The notes beneath the pieces were generated by a model. The model worked only from the letters and a program-made list of their open reading frames with translations. It was not told where the DNA came from and searched no databases. From the human T2T-CHM13v2.0 reference genome, Homo sapiens: a stretch of DNA of 64,000 bases. The translations under genes and the position numbers were made by a program. This document shows positions 33,843 through 49,803 of this stretch, piece by piece (within the stretch, counting starts at the first letter, position 1; every line of letters begins with the position of its first letter). The stretch is taken from assembly GCF_009914755.1 (NCBI RefSeq), contig NC_060932.1. One strand, written 5' to 3'.

Positions 33843-34608
33843 AGAAAACTCTTTTATGCCTGCTTCTCTGCCAGATGACTTGAATATGGTACTAGATTTG
33901 GAATTCACCTTTCTCCAGGGTCACTGTTTATTTCAAAGAGGTGAATTTACCTGTGCTAGGGTTTTCACACTGGGAGTGCTACCAGAACTACCACAGGATG
34001 AAAGTGGTGAGCCCACCACTGCAGAGAAGTTTTCTCAGTGCCGTAATATAGAGGAATTCTCAAAATAAGCCCTACTCCTTTTCACTTACTGAAAACAACT
34101 TGGATAATGTGTAACAGCCAGCCCCATTTCAAAAAGATTACCAGGGGTAAAACAACTTTTTCATGGGTCAAAATCATCTTCCGAAGAAAATGATTTCTTA
34201 AAAGAATTGAACATTGTAAATCAAAGGGCATTGTCCTGTTTTGGATTAACAAAACAGGAAAAATAACCAATCCTTGTAAAATTATTTGAAATTTTCTTGT
34301 TTTTATCAGTTGAGTGCCTATAGATGCACATACAAAAACAACTGCCATTTTTGTATATAATAGTCTTCCAAGATAGAGATTTACATTAGGAGAGAATTAA
34401 ACATCCAGGAGGGATGAACAGTATTTCATGTGTGCTATGTAGTGTTTTGCTTCATTGAGAGTCATTTTCATGAATTATTTTTACTACTGCAGTCATCTTA
34501 AATTTATAATCATCTCAAAAAAGATGTCACAATGAACAGACAACCATCTGTGAGGTCAGTCATTTTGCATGATGTATGTAATCAAAAAGTTTGAAATGTC
34601 TGCTTACT

Positions 34609-34680
34609 AATAAAGAATGTTTTCACTGAAACTTATTGGAAAGGTTTTTCAAATTTTCTTTGATTTGTAGTTTTGAGTCC
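34609..34680 (+). terminator. Polyadenylation signal of UBXN2B
   Basis: AATAAA preceded by gatgTATGTA and followed by a T-rich/GT-rich downstream element. Confidence 0.65.
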
Positions 34681-34879
34681 TGAATAGATTGTTTTAACAT
34701 GAATAACATTTCCTGTGGTTTAATTTCCCTTGGCGCACCTTTGTCAGGGACAGGGAAGGAACTGGTTGTAGCATATTATCTGAATATCCTGTTACTGTTT
34801 CTGTTTTTATTCTACCCAAATAAAAAGGTTCAGGTGCTTCTTTTTTGCCACAATGGATTTCTGAAAACCTTGTCACAAC

Positions 34880-35327
34880 TGTGAAAGGAAAGCAAATCTT
34901 GGGACCCCAGAATCACTAAGCTAAAGGGAAAAGTCAAGCTGGAAACTGCTTAGTGCAAACCTGCCTCCCATTCATTCTATTCAGTTATCTCTGCTCACTG
35001 AGATAAAGGCCTGTCTGATTGCCTCCTTTGGAAGGGCTCATCAGAAACTCAAAAGAATGCAACCATTTGTCTCTTACCTACCTGTGCCCTGGAAGTCCTC
35101 TCCCACACTTCGAGTTGTCCTACCTTTCCATATTGATCCAATGTCCATCTTACATATATTGATTGATGTCTTATGTCTCCCTAAAATGTATAAAACCAAG
35201 CTGTGCCCCAACCACCTTGGGCTCATGTCATCAGGACGTCCTGAGGCTGTGTCACACCTGTGCATCCTTAACCTTGGCAAAATAAACTTCCTAAATCGAG
35301 ACCTGTCTCAGGTATTTGGGGTTCATG
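34880..35327 (+). mobile_element. Solo ERV1 LTR, MER4A-like
   Basis: Starts TGTGAAAGGAAAGCAAATCTTGGGACCCC; has TATA and AATAAA; 4 bp TSD CAAC. Confidence 0.8.
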
Positions 35328-35357
35328 CAACGTCTATTGTTAAAAAGTGCATCATGT

Positions 35358-35984
35358 TGAAGCGGCCTTGTCTGGGGCGACACCCGAGGTTCGTTGTCTC
35401 ACAGCCACAGAGATCAAAAATGCGGACACACAGGTTAAGAGCTGAAGTTTAGTAGGCAAAAGAAAGAGAAGATCTCTGCTACCAAGAGGGGTCCTGGAAA
35501 AATTGGTTGCTGATCCGCAGTGAAATGTAGGGAGTTTTATAGATCAGCTAGTGGGGCGGGAGTAGTGCTGATGTACATAGGGTGCAAAAAGCCAGTTAGG
35601 AACAGGTGTGCCATCTGCATAGGGTATAAATCTCTGGCAGCCCCCACCCCAATCTTCTATTATGCAGGTGGGTTCTCTGCCTGAGCTTCTCCATGTTGCC
35701 CATTTCTTTCTTACTGTACACATGCTAACAAAAAAGGGAAGATGGAGTTTCCATGGTGGACATGTCTGGCCCCCAGGTAACCCTTTTCTATTGGCACAGC
35801 TGCAGGCCTCCTCCCGTGCAATCTTCCAGCTTCCTTACCTATGTTTGCAGCTCGATCTTTCAGGCTGCTCTTTGTTGGAAAAGAAATGATTTCTAGGGCT
35901 GCTTTTTGTTAAAAGGGAAGTTCTGTTGAGGACTCTTTTGCCCTCACTATCTGCCTAAATAATTTATTTCTATATCCTGTATTA
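35358..35984 (-). mobile_element. Solo ERV1 LTR (LTR27/LTR28-like)
   Basis: Minus strand starts TAATACAGGATATAGAAATAAATTATTTAGGCAGATAGTGAGGG and ends GACAAGGCCGCTTCA; TSD (a/g)tgt. Confidence 0.65.
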
Positions 35985-36354
35985 GTGTTTGCCCCTTAAG
36001 AGTGTCCCTGATCAATGATGTGAATATATATGTGACCAATATTGTCATAAAGGCTAATAATTTCTATAATCCTCTGTAAAGTTTTTAATTAAAGTATCTT
36101 CTAACTCAAATAGTTTATAAAAAGCCCTAGTACACATGTGTAACCATGTATATGTATGTGTGTGTGTGTGTGTTATAGCACATGAAAATAGCATGTGTGT
36201 CCTAGAACTAATAATTAGCTCTAATCCACTTAGCTTAACAGTTTTGCCTCTTTGGAATTTATAGCTATGACCTGGGGATCTGTGCAGGGGAAAATGCTCT
36301 TTTACAAAGTTTGAACTTCATGATTCATTTTCCTTTAGATAAATCTTTCTATAT

Positions 36355-36805
36355 TAAGAGAGGAGACCACCCCTCATATTGTCTTATGCCCAATTTCTGC
36401 CTCCAAAGAAGTAAAAACTAAAAGGCAGAAATGAAACCCACAGGCAGAGAGCCTGGCGCCACGCCCTGGGCCTGGTTAAAGATCGACCCCTGACCTAACT
36501 GGTTATGTGATCTATAGATTCCAGACATTGTATGGAAAAGCATTGTGAAAATCTCCGTCCTGTTCTGTTCCGTTCTGATTACAGGTGCATGCAGCCCCCA
36601 GTCAGGTACCCCCTGCTTGCTCAATCGATCATGACCCTCTCATGCAGACCTCCTTAGAGTTGTAAGCCCTTAAAAGGGACAGAAATTGCTCACAGGGAGC
36701 TCGGTATTTGGAGACGTGAGTCTTGCCGAAGCTCCCGGCCAAATAAAGCCCTTCCTTCTTTAACTCGGTGTCTGAGGGGTTTTGTCTGTGGCTTATCCTG
36801 CTACA
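36355..36805 (+). mobile_element. Solo LTR2B (HERV-E/Harlequin family)
   Basis: Starts TAAGAGAGGAGACCACCCCTCATATTGTCTTATGCCC, ends CCTGCTACA; perfect TSD ATAT. Confidence 0.85.
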
Positions 36806-37901
36806 ATATAAAGCAGAGACATTCAGAATCATCCTCGGCAGTGGCTACCTTAAAATTTCCTTTGAGTCCTATAGTTTGATTTCATATGGCTTCACTGGCA
36901 CAATTCCAAGTGCACCTACTCAAAGGAAAGCTACAGGGAAAGAGAATGCTGATAAACCACTGTTTTGTTGATTGTATCACAACACTTCTTGCTTTCTTTG
37001 GAGGGCGTAACAGTTAACTAACTTATTCGCATGGACTTAAAGACTTCACACATAATTAGCAATACAATGTTTTCTAATGGCTTATCATTATTGTTGAATT
37101 AAGGTGTGTATGATAATTAGGCAACATTAAAAGAGGACTAAGAAAGGTTTTTCCTCACAGGATTCTCTTTACTGTCCTTTACCTCCTTCAGTTTACACTG
37201 GCTTGGAAATAGTGTTGAAAATGGCTCACAATTAGTGTCAATATTTGAGCCAGTGCCTTTTCTCACTTTAACCTTGGAGATAGAAGAATATTTAAAATGA
37301 GTACATGTCCTTTCTGTTGTATGCCTTTGTATTGATTTTTGGTTTGTGTTTTCCTTACATAGTGTACCTTTCAATGTACTTTTTAGAACATTCTTAATTA
37401 TAAAAGGTCTTTCCTCATGGTTTCTGTATTTAACATCTTCCCTATTTTATTCTTCAGTTTTATCTTTGTGGGAAAGGCTTGTTTAACAGATTTTATCATT
37501 TTTATCAGGAACGGTAAAAACTGTAATGTTTAGTTTTCTATAAGTATGTTGATTAAAAAGTAGCAACTATAAATACTACGGATATTCAGAGCATCAGTAG
37601 ACTTGAAAGCGAAAGCATGAATTAGTTGATACAAGTGGAGGTCCTGTTTGCCCTAGCCTGGAATTTGTGACTGTATGTGGGCTTTTGAGAAAGAAGGTAG
37701 TAGGATGAAGTGATATCTTATAGAAAGAAATGTTCATCCTTTCTACAAACTGATAACAGATTCAACATTCCAGGGGATGAGGTGGTCGTTTTTATTAATA
37801 CAGTAAAATTACATGCAAATACCATGTTTAAACATGTACTTATAAAATACATAATATTGAGGCTAGGAGGGTGTTCTTTTCCCCTTTGAAAACCTGTTAT
37901 A

Positions 37902-38200
<299 letters not shown>

Positions 38201-38314
38201 GAAAACCTATTATAAGTATTTGTAATGTGAGTAGATGTTAGTGTCTAGAATATTGTGTACATTGGTGTTCTATGGCAACCCAAACTAATCTGACTTTATA
38301 TTATTTAATATTAA

Positions 38315-39075
<761 letters not shown>

Positions 39076-39175
39076 ATAGAACCCTCTGGGCCTTGAGAAA
39101 ATATATACATTAATATTTTTTAAATGAGAGAGCAGTGCCAACAAAGTTGATGCTGGTGATAGAAAAATATATGTT

Positions 39176-39463
39176 GGCTGGGTGCAGTGGCTCACGCCTG
39201 TAATCCTAGCAGTTTGGGGGGCCGAGGCAGGAGGATTGCTTGAGGTCAGGAGTTCAAGACCAGCCTAGGCAATGTAGCAAAACCCTGTCTCTACAAAATA
39301 TTTTTAAAAACTAGCAGGGTGTGGTGACACACGCCTACAGTTCCAGCTATTCAGGAGGCTGGGGTGGGAGGATCGCTTGAACCCAGGAGGTTGAGTCTGC
39401 AGTGCCATGTTCATGCCACTGCACTCCATCCTGGGTGACAGAGCAAGACCCTGGCTTAAAAAA
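39176..39463 (+). mobile_element. AluJ
   Basis: Diverged dimeric Alu. Confidence 0.9.
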
Positions 39464-39470
39464 CTTTGTG

Positions 39471-39473
<3 letters not shown>

Positions 39474-39506
<33 letters not shown>
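39474..39506. repeat. (CA)n microsatellite
   Basis: About 16 CA units. Confidence 0.95.
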
Positions 39507-39510
<4 letters not shown>

Positions 39511-42500
39511 AAATATATATGTTTTGATTGGGTTTTAAAGGGAGGAAAAAGACATTTTAGAAGGGGTGTTGGTTCATTTCTCAGTGTTGGTAATATCTAT
39601 ATAGCTTTAAGTGAAGTGTCCTTGGCAGTTCCCCATGGTAGAACTGGGAAGAAAAAGCCGAAGGAATGCCCACATAAGAACCCACAGTGTGTGAAATACC
39701 TACGATTTTCTTAATTCCAGTAGTAGTAACTGCTGTGATTCTAGAAATCTGGAGATAGGGAAGAACACTGTGCTATGAAGACATTGTAGAAAACCCTCAA
39801 GCTGTTCAGTAACTATTTTTGTTTTCACTCTGAAACAACCAAAGTTTCCTGGTCACTTGTCATACGATCTGATTGCTTACAGTATGATTATTATAGATTT
39901 TATTTTTATATATAAACTTTATATAATGCAGGCTATATAATACAAGCCTGTGTAATATCCATTTTTCAATTTATTTTTATTAAGTTTCACATATTCCAAC
40001 ATTTTCATATTACATTCAACTTTGAATGTAATATCTCATCATCATTTATTTGTTACCTGACTACTGACACCCAAAAAATGTGAAAGAGAAGTTAATGAGA
40101 TTCTAAATCTATGTAATAATTTTTTAAATAAAAAACTGCAGAAAATAAGATGATACTAGAGGCTTTAGTTATGTGGCACTCATGCCTCTGAAATCAAACA
40201 AGTTCAAGTAGCTGTTGACTTTGGCTATCCACTCAGTTTGGCTGAACTTATAAAGAAAATTCTCACTTGTCATTATATATTGTTTTTGTTCTCTAAATTA
40301 ACTCACTTATGCAATCTTTCACGCAAGCAAAGGCAGTAGAAATGACCTGGAGTTACAGATTTCCAAACAACCTTTATAAACAGACAAGGATATCTGCAAA
40401 CATGCCTGAGTTTCAATGTTCTTTTTGGAATTATTTTTCAGAAAAAAAAATGATATTATAAATTCCTCTTAATTTGGATAGTTCTTAAAAGTACCCTTTT
40501 ATGAGTGTTAAAATATTCAACCAGTAATTACTTAATTTCCATAGGTTTTTATTACATATTATAAATAAAAATCTTAAGTATGTTTGACATTAAAAATGGC
40601 ACTGAAGTTTACAAGAGATCAGGAGTTCTCTATATTTAGTTCTTAAAATAAGAAATTACTTTTAACATAGGACTGTACCCACAAGCATCTCAATCCTTTT
40701 GTTTTGGATGTAATGAAAATAGCAAAAAGAAGCCTTGATGGGTTTCCAGGTCATGTTCATGCCACAGTGAGTGCATGGCATATATTAACGTGATCCGACC
40801 TTCTTAGATGCAAAGAATCACTGGATGACTCAAAAACTCTTTTTTTTCCCTCTCTAAATTAGTTTTAAATTAGGAGGAGCTACCTTAATTTAATCTGTTA
40901 GTGAAAATAATAAAATCATAACAGATGTTTGCATTTCTAAAAGTTTTTAAATTTATGACAAGTTATTATTTTATACCTGCAAACAGATCCCCTAATTCCA
41001 CTTTTTACCACTTTTAATGGTTCACCAAAGCTAAGATTTTACTTAGATAATTGCATTTAAGTATATGCAAAAACATGTTTATTTCCTCATTATTCTTCCT
41101 ACTGTAAGCAAGTTGGTATTTACTTTTACTAGTTGTAAATATCCCAAAATATTTTTTAAATCTTCATACTATATGTAAATAGGGTAGGGTAGTGGTGGCG
41201 GTTTTTTGTTTTATTCATATACTTCTAAATCTCCAACCAACTTTCAATAAACTTTCATAAACTTTCCATAAAGTTTCAAACACTCCATAAACTTTCACTT
41301 CCATTCTTCTTGGGTTCTTTTTTCTCATTGTTCTCCATATACTTCTAAATATTACTTTCAAAACTTTCTGACTCACTGGGACCTTTCCTTGGAACATTGA
41401 GTTCTCCTGACAGTAACATGTCAGGAGAAGTACCAAGTGTGAATGGAATCTTGCCAGTGGCAAGGCAGAGGTGGGGCACCATCAGCTCTGACAAGGCTTA
41501 CTAGAGGATTAGAAGAGCAAAGCCCTATAACACAGACAGCTTTCATCAGGAATATCTTTACATATAAGATAACATTAGTATTGGTGCCAATTCAACTGCA
41601 AAATAAAATAGTTGTTTATTGATGATTCTCTATTGAGTCCCTTTAAGTGCAATCTGAATGACTTAACTACAAAAATCAGTTTACATTCAACACTTGGGGT
41701 CATCTAATTTGTAAATGGAGATGTATCTATAAATACCAACAATGTAAAAGCCTATATAAACATAAATCCTGAAATATCTCTACTATGTCAGCACTTGAGT
41801 TTGTGAAGCTCTTCGCTCCTATACAAAATTCATTATTTCAAAAATACAGCTTCCATGAGAACCCTTGGAGATAAGCAGAATAAATCTTATCCCCATTATT
41901 TTCATGGGTAAAAGTTAAGTGACGTGAAGAATCACATTGTGAGTAGAGATGAAGTCAGTATCTCCTTATGGGTTGGTATGATTCAGTTTCCATTGTCCTG
42001 CAGTTTTGGGTAAAAAACATTGTCCTTATTTCTTAATAGTAATTAGCAGTGTAGGTACAGAGATATTGACATATTCATTTTGTAGATTATTATAAAGGAT
42101 TAAGTAGTTTTCTAAAGGATATTCAGCAAATATGGTGAGTATGCAGCATATCAAATAGTATTCAGCATATTAAGTAATTTTCTGAAGGCTATTCAGCAAA
42201 TGTAATTTTTGGCCTCACTGCCAAAAGCATCCTCAGATGAAATGTTAATGTATGAAGATTTGGTAGTTTGGGTTCTGTTTAACTTTCTTGTATGGAGTGT
42301 TTTAATGTGTTTTAGTGTTTTGATATATTTTCCTTGAATGTTTGCTGTTTTTGTTTTGTTTTTCAAACCTATCGTAGAAACTTTATTACATCAAAAATGA
42401 TGTGGCAGAAAAAGCAGAATATTTGAAAGGCACTGGCACTAATTCTATAAGAGTATTATGTTTTTCTTTAACTGGAGATAGGAATATCAAATTCTTTTTT

Positions 42501-42942
42501 TTTTTACATTGATCTAGTGCAAGAATCTGGTATTCTTATTCAATTGTAAGCCAGAAAAGAGAAGACTACATCAGATATCACTGGTTGGCAGCAATTAGAA
42601 ATATCAAGAGTACTATTGTTTATTACATTTTCACTTCTTTGACAAAGTGACTTGGATCTGATACAACGACCCAGTCTGTAAGACAAGGAACTGTGTGGTT
42701 TCCACCTACTGATAGGTATGTATGGGCGAGGAGCCACGTCAGGTAACAATGAGTGACGAACTATGTTTTTTTCCCCCCCGACATGTCATTATCTGGCAAT
42801 AAATACTTAAGGTCATAGAGCCTGTTAATCTTTACAAAATCAAGGTGCTACTTGTAGTAAAACAAAATCTTATACAGTAGTTACCTTTTGACAAGTTAAC
42901 ATCAGGTCATCAGGGTATGGGAATTTGGTTACTTGTTCTTGT

Positions 42943-42960
42943 CTCCACCAGGGGGTGTAT
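42943..42960 (+). promoter_or_regulatory. Candidate CTCF site
   Basis: CTCCACCAGGGGGTGTAT closely matches the CTCF core CCACCAGGGGGCGC, in otherwise AT-rich unique DNA. Confidence 0.5.
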
Positions 42961-43216
42961 AGGTCCTGGGAAAGAATCCATGCCAGTATCTTTCCCTTAG
43001 CTGCGTTAATAAAATGAAGGGAGAGGATCAAAGTTACCTGTTCAAATAAGAATTAGAAATTACCCAGACATGAGTATCATGTAGCCATGGTTTCCGTGAT
43101 CTCCTGCAGTATAGATGAAGAATACTTGGCTGAATATGATTGGCATTTTCAGAAATGTAATATAGCTAATGTCAAAACATAAAAATATTGATGGTGTCAG
43201 TGTAGTAGGCCTTGTG

Positions 43217-43525
43217 TTCTTTTTTTTTTCCCTTTTTCTTTTCTTGAGACGGAGTCTCGCTCTGTCGCCCAGGCTGGAGTGCAGTCGTGCCATCTTGGCT
43301 CACTGCAACCTTCGCCTCCCTGGTTCAAGCGATTCTCCTGCCTCAACCTCCTGAATAGCTGGGATTACAGGCATGCGCCACCATGCCTGGCTAATTTTTG
43401 TATTTTTAGTAGAGATGGGGTTTCACCATGTTGGTCAGGCTGGTCTCGAACTCCTGACCTCGTGATCCTCCCGCCTCAGCCTCCCAAAGTGCTGGGATTA
43501 CAGGCGTGAGCCACCGCACCCGGCC
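43217..43525 (-). mobile_element. AluS
   Basis: Antisense full-length Alu; TSD ccttg(t/g)gtt. Confidence 0.92.
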
Positions 43526-43842
43526 GACCTTGGGTTTTTTTTAGGGTCATGTTGCCCATCAGATATTTACCAGATGTCCATCACTTGAGTGTATTGCTCA
43601 CTGACCATGCTCCCTGGACAGCATTTAAAATGCCCCACTGAGTGCTCCCCTGACTTCTCAATAATGCATTCTTTATTTAAATGCACTACCAGAAAATTTA
43701 GTCTTTTTCCTTTTTTTTTTTTAAAAAAAAAAACCTATTCCATATTTCCTTCTGTTTTCCTTGGCTAAATTCTGATTTATCAGATTTTAATTCCTAGCTC
43801 TTTTCTACCTTTGCAGTCACAAGGTCTCACAACTTCTACTTT

Positions 43843-44356
43843 TGTTGGGAACAGGCCCCCCAAAATCTGGCCATAAACTGGCCCCAAAACTGACCATAAA
43901 CAAAACCTCTGCAGCACTGTGACATGTTCATGATGGCCATGAGACCCATGCTGGAAGGTTGTGAGTTTACCGGAATGAGAGCAAGGAACACCTGGCCCAC
44001 CCAGGGCAGAAAACCGCTTAAAGGCATTCCTAAGCCACAAACAATAGCATGAGCAATCTGTGCCTTAAGGACATGTTTCCTGCTGCAGATAACTAGCCAG
44101 ACCCATCCCTTTATTTCAGCCCATCCCTTTGTTTCCCATAAGGAATACTTCTAGTTAATCTATAATCTATAGAAACAATGCTTATCACTGGCTTGCTGTC
44201 AATAAATGCGTGGGTAAATCTCTGTCCGAGGCTCTCAGCTCTGAATGCTGTGAGACCCCTGATTTCCCACTCCACACCTCTGTATTTCTGTGTGTGTGTC
44301 TCTACTTCCTCTAGCGCCGCTGGGTTAGGGTCTCCCCGACCGAGCTGGTCTTGGCA
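43843..44356 (+). mobile_element. Solo MER9 LTR (HERV-K9/HML-3)
   Basis: TGTTGGGAACAGGCCCCC...GCTGGTCTTGGCA; perfect 6 bp TSD TACTTT, typical of betaretrovirus-like ERVs. Confidence 0.88.
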
Positions 44357-45273
44357 TACTTTGATTTTTACCTTTCCCTCTTGCAAAATGTTGTTGCAAC
44401 TTTACAATTATCAAGTGTGCTAACAGAGATATAAGTGGCAGAACTGCAAAATGAAAATGGAGAGAATTAGCATAGGAATTAGATGTCCCAAATTTTTAAG
44501 CATGCCTCTACCACCAACTCTGCAAGTCCCAACTTTCTCATCTCCAGAATGAGGAGATTAGAACATGGTCCTTCAGGTACAGCCATTATGGAAAACAATA
44601 TGAACGTTCCTCAAAAGATTGAAAATAGAACTACCATTTGATCCAGAAATCCTACTTCCGCATATCAGTTCTACTTCTGAGTATATGTCCAAAAGAAATA
44701 AAATCACTGTCTTGAGAGATGTCTACACTCCCGTGTTCACTGCAACATCATTCACAATCACAAAGGTGTGGAAACAGCCTAAGTGTTCTACAACAGACGA
44801 ACATATAAAGAAAACATGGTGCATATATACAATGGAATATTACTTATTCTTAAAAAAAATAGAAGGAATTTTCTAGTTTTTCTCTGCCACTTCTGATAAC
44901 ATGGAAAAACCTGAAGGACAATATGCCAAGTGACATAAGCCAGGCACAGAAAGATAAAAAGACAAATATCACATGAGCACTTATATGTGGAATCTAAAAA
45001 AAAAAATGCTTAAACTCCTACTAACAGTAGAACGGTGATTACAAAGGGTTGGGGAGTGGGGAAAAAGATTTATTGATCAAGGAATGTGAACTTTCAGTTA
45101 TAAAATGAGTAAGTCCTGAAGACCTAATATACAGCATGGTGACTAAAGTTAATAATAATATATTGCATACTTGAAATTTGCTAAGACACTAGATTGCTAT
45201 TGTTCTCACCACATACACAAAAAATATGTGAGTTGATGAAGCTTGATTATGATAATCATTTCACAATGTGTAC

Positions 45274-46128
<855 letters not shown>

Positions 46129-46643
46129 ATACTTGTATCGAAATGTCACATTGTACACTTTAAATATACACAATTGTTGTCAATCATACTTCAGTAAAGC
46201 TGGAAAAAAAAGAAACTGTTCCTTTAGTTCTGAATTCTGATATTGTTTCACAAAGTTAAACACTAACCAACAAAGTGCTTAAAGATGTCCTGACATGGTT
46301 AAAAATGGAAAAATGATACAAATCAGTGAATAACAGTGAGCAAATCTAGGGAAGTTATAACTTGTGTTGTTTATTGCCTTCCATTTGAGTTAGTTCTCTG
46401 GTAAGATAATTTGAGAATTCTTATTGAAAACATTTTCAGTCTAGTAAGATCTATGGACTGGTTTGTAGGGTATAATATTAACAAGTAGGTTAAACTCAGT
46501 GAAAATTTTATAGGACCACTACCTTTCCTGGACTTAATGCTTAACAGCTTTTTGAAGAAAGTTTAACTGCACAAGCCTATTCATCAAAAATTATAATAGT
46601 TTCATAGAGCACCATTCAGTCACTTAAAAAGGCCTAGTAGACA

Positions 46644-46947
46644 GGGTGGGGCGTGGTGGCGATGCCTGTAATCCCAGCACTTCGGGAGGCCAAGGCGCAA
46701 GGTCAGGAGATCAAGACCATCCTGGCTAACACGGTGAAACTCCGTCTCTACTAAAAATACAAAAAATTAGCCGGGCATGGTGGCGGGCGCCTGTAGTCCC
46801 AGCTACTCAGGAGGCTGAGGCAGGAGAATGGCGTGAACCCGGGAGGCAGAGCTTGCAGTGAGCCGAGATCACACCACTGCCCTCTGCACTCCAGTCTGGG
46901 CGACAGAGCAAGACTTCTTCTCAAAAAAAAAAAAAAAAAAAAAAAAA
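46644..46947 (+). mobile_element. AluY
   Basis: TSD AAAAAGGCCT(A/G)GTAGA; small left-arm deletion. Confidence 0.92.
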
Positions 46948-47044
46948 GGCCTGGTAGAGTATTTAATAATGTGGGGGAAATTCATGATAAGAACAAAGTC
47001 AAGTTAGAAACAGATTTACCTTAAGACTATAGTTTAGTTTTTTT

Positions 47045-48600
<1,556 letters not shown>

Positions 48601-48723
48601 TGTCTTCAAAAATGTAAATGGTGATGGCATATAGGCTTTGGAGACAGGCCTGGTTTGACACCTGACTTCATTTACCAGCTAGTGACGTTTGGTCAAGGCA
48701 TTTAAACTCTATGCCTTATTAAC

Positions 48724-49158
48724 TGTCAGGCCTCTGAGCCCGAGCCAAGCCATCATATCCCCTGTGACCTGCACGTATACATCCAGATGGCCTGAAGCAA
48801 GTGAAGAATCACAAAACAAGTGAAAATGGCTGGTTCCTGCCTTAACTGATAACATTCCACCATTGTGATTTGTTCCTGCCCCACCTTAACTGAGCGATTA
48901 ACCTTGTGAAATTCCTTCTCCTGGCTCAGAAGCTCCCCCACTGAGCACCTTGTGACCCCTGCCCCTGCCCACAAGAGAAAAGCCCCCTTTGACTGTAATT
49001 TTCCACTACCCACCCAAATCCTATAAAACGGCCCCACACCTATCTCCCTTCCCTAACTCTCTTTTCGGACTCAGCCCACCTGCACCCAGGTGAAATAAAC
49101 AGCCTTTTTGCTCACACAGATCCTGTTTGGTGGTCTCTTCACACGGATGCACGTGACA
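48724..49158 (+). mobile_element. Solo LTR7 (HERV-H)
   Basis: TGTCAGGCCTCTGAGCCC...CTCTTCACACGGATGCACGTGACA with TATAAAA (49022) and AATAAA; TSD (t/g)taac; inserted into a MIR. Confidence 0.9.
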
Positions 49159-49299
49159 GTAACCTCATCTGGCAGTACCTACCCTTGATAGATAATGGAA
49201 ATTACATGACATAATGCATATAATGTATTCTAACATTGAACTACTGCGCTTCTTTCCCCACTAACATACTGCTGGTTGGCCCATCTACTTTTTTTCTAT

Positions 49300-49448
49300 T
49301 CCTAATTCTTCTTTTTCTTTTTGAGACGTAGTCTTGCTCTGTTGCCCAGGCTACAGTGCAGTGGCGCAATGCCTCAGTCTCCTGAGTAGCTGTGATTACA
49401 GGCGCCTGCCACTGCACATGGCTAATATTTGTGTTTTTAGTAGAGACG
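49300..49448 (-). mobile_element. Internally deleted Alu right-arm fragment
   Basis: gcagtggcgcaat joins directly to gcctcagtctcc; ends after the middle A-rich linker. Confidence 0.75.
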
Positions 49449-49744
49449 ATCTCTTTTCTGTTCCTCTCTGTTGCAAGCTTTCACTGGATTTCACTCTTAT
49501 TTCCACTCTTGATTCTTTTGATCTCTTTGTGCACTATGATACCTCAGTGTTAAGTTATCCTTTGTTATTTGTGTTTATGCCACTGAGTACCCCATTACAT
49601 AATTATTCACTCTCTTAGGTCTTCTTGTCTCTGAAAAGTTCAACAATCTCTGCCTCTTTGTCCTTTATAGCTCTTCATTTAGGACAATACCTTTTTTTCT
49701 TATCGACTCTTCATAATCTTCTTTAGCCATTCATTCCTAAAATC

Positions 49745-49803
49745 TCTTCTTCTCTGTCTGTCTCTCTCTCTGTCTCTGTTTCTGCTCTCTTTCTCTCTCT
49801 CTC
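49745..49803. repeat. (TC)n-rich tract
   Basis: Seen directly in the sequence. Confidence 0.85.
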
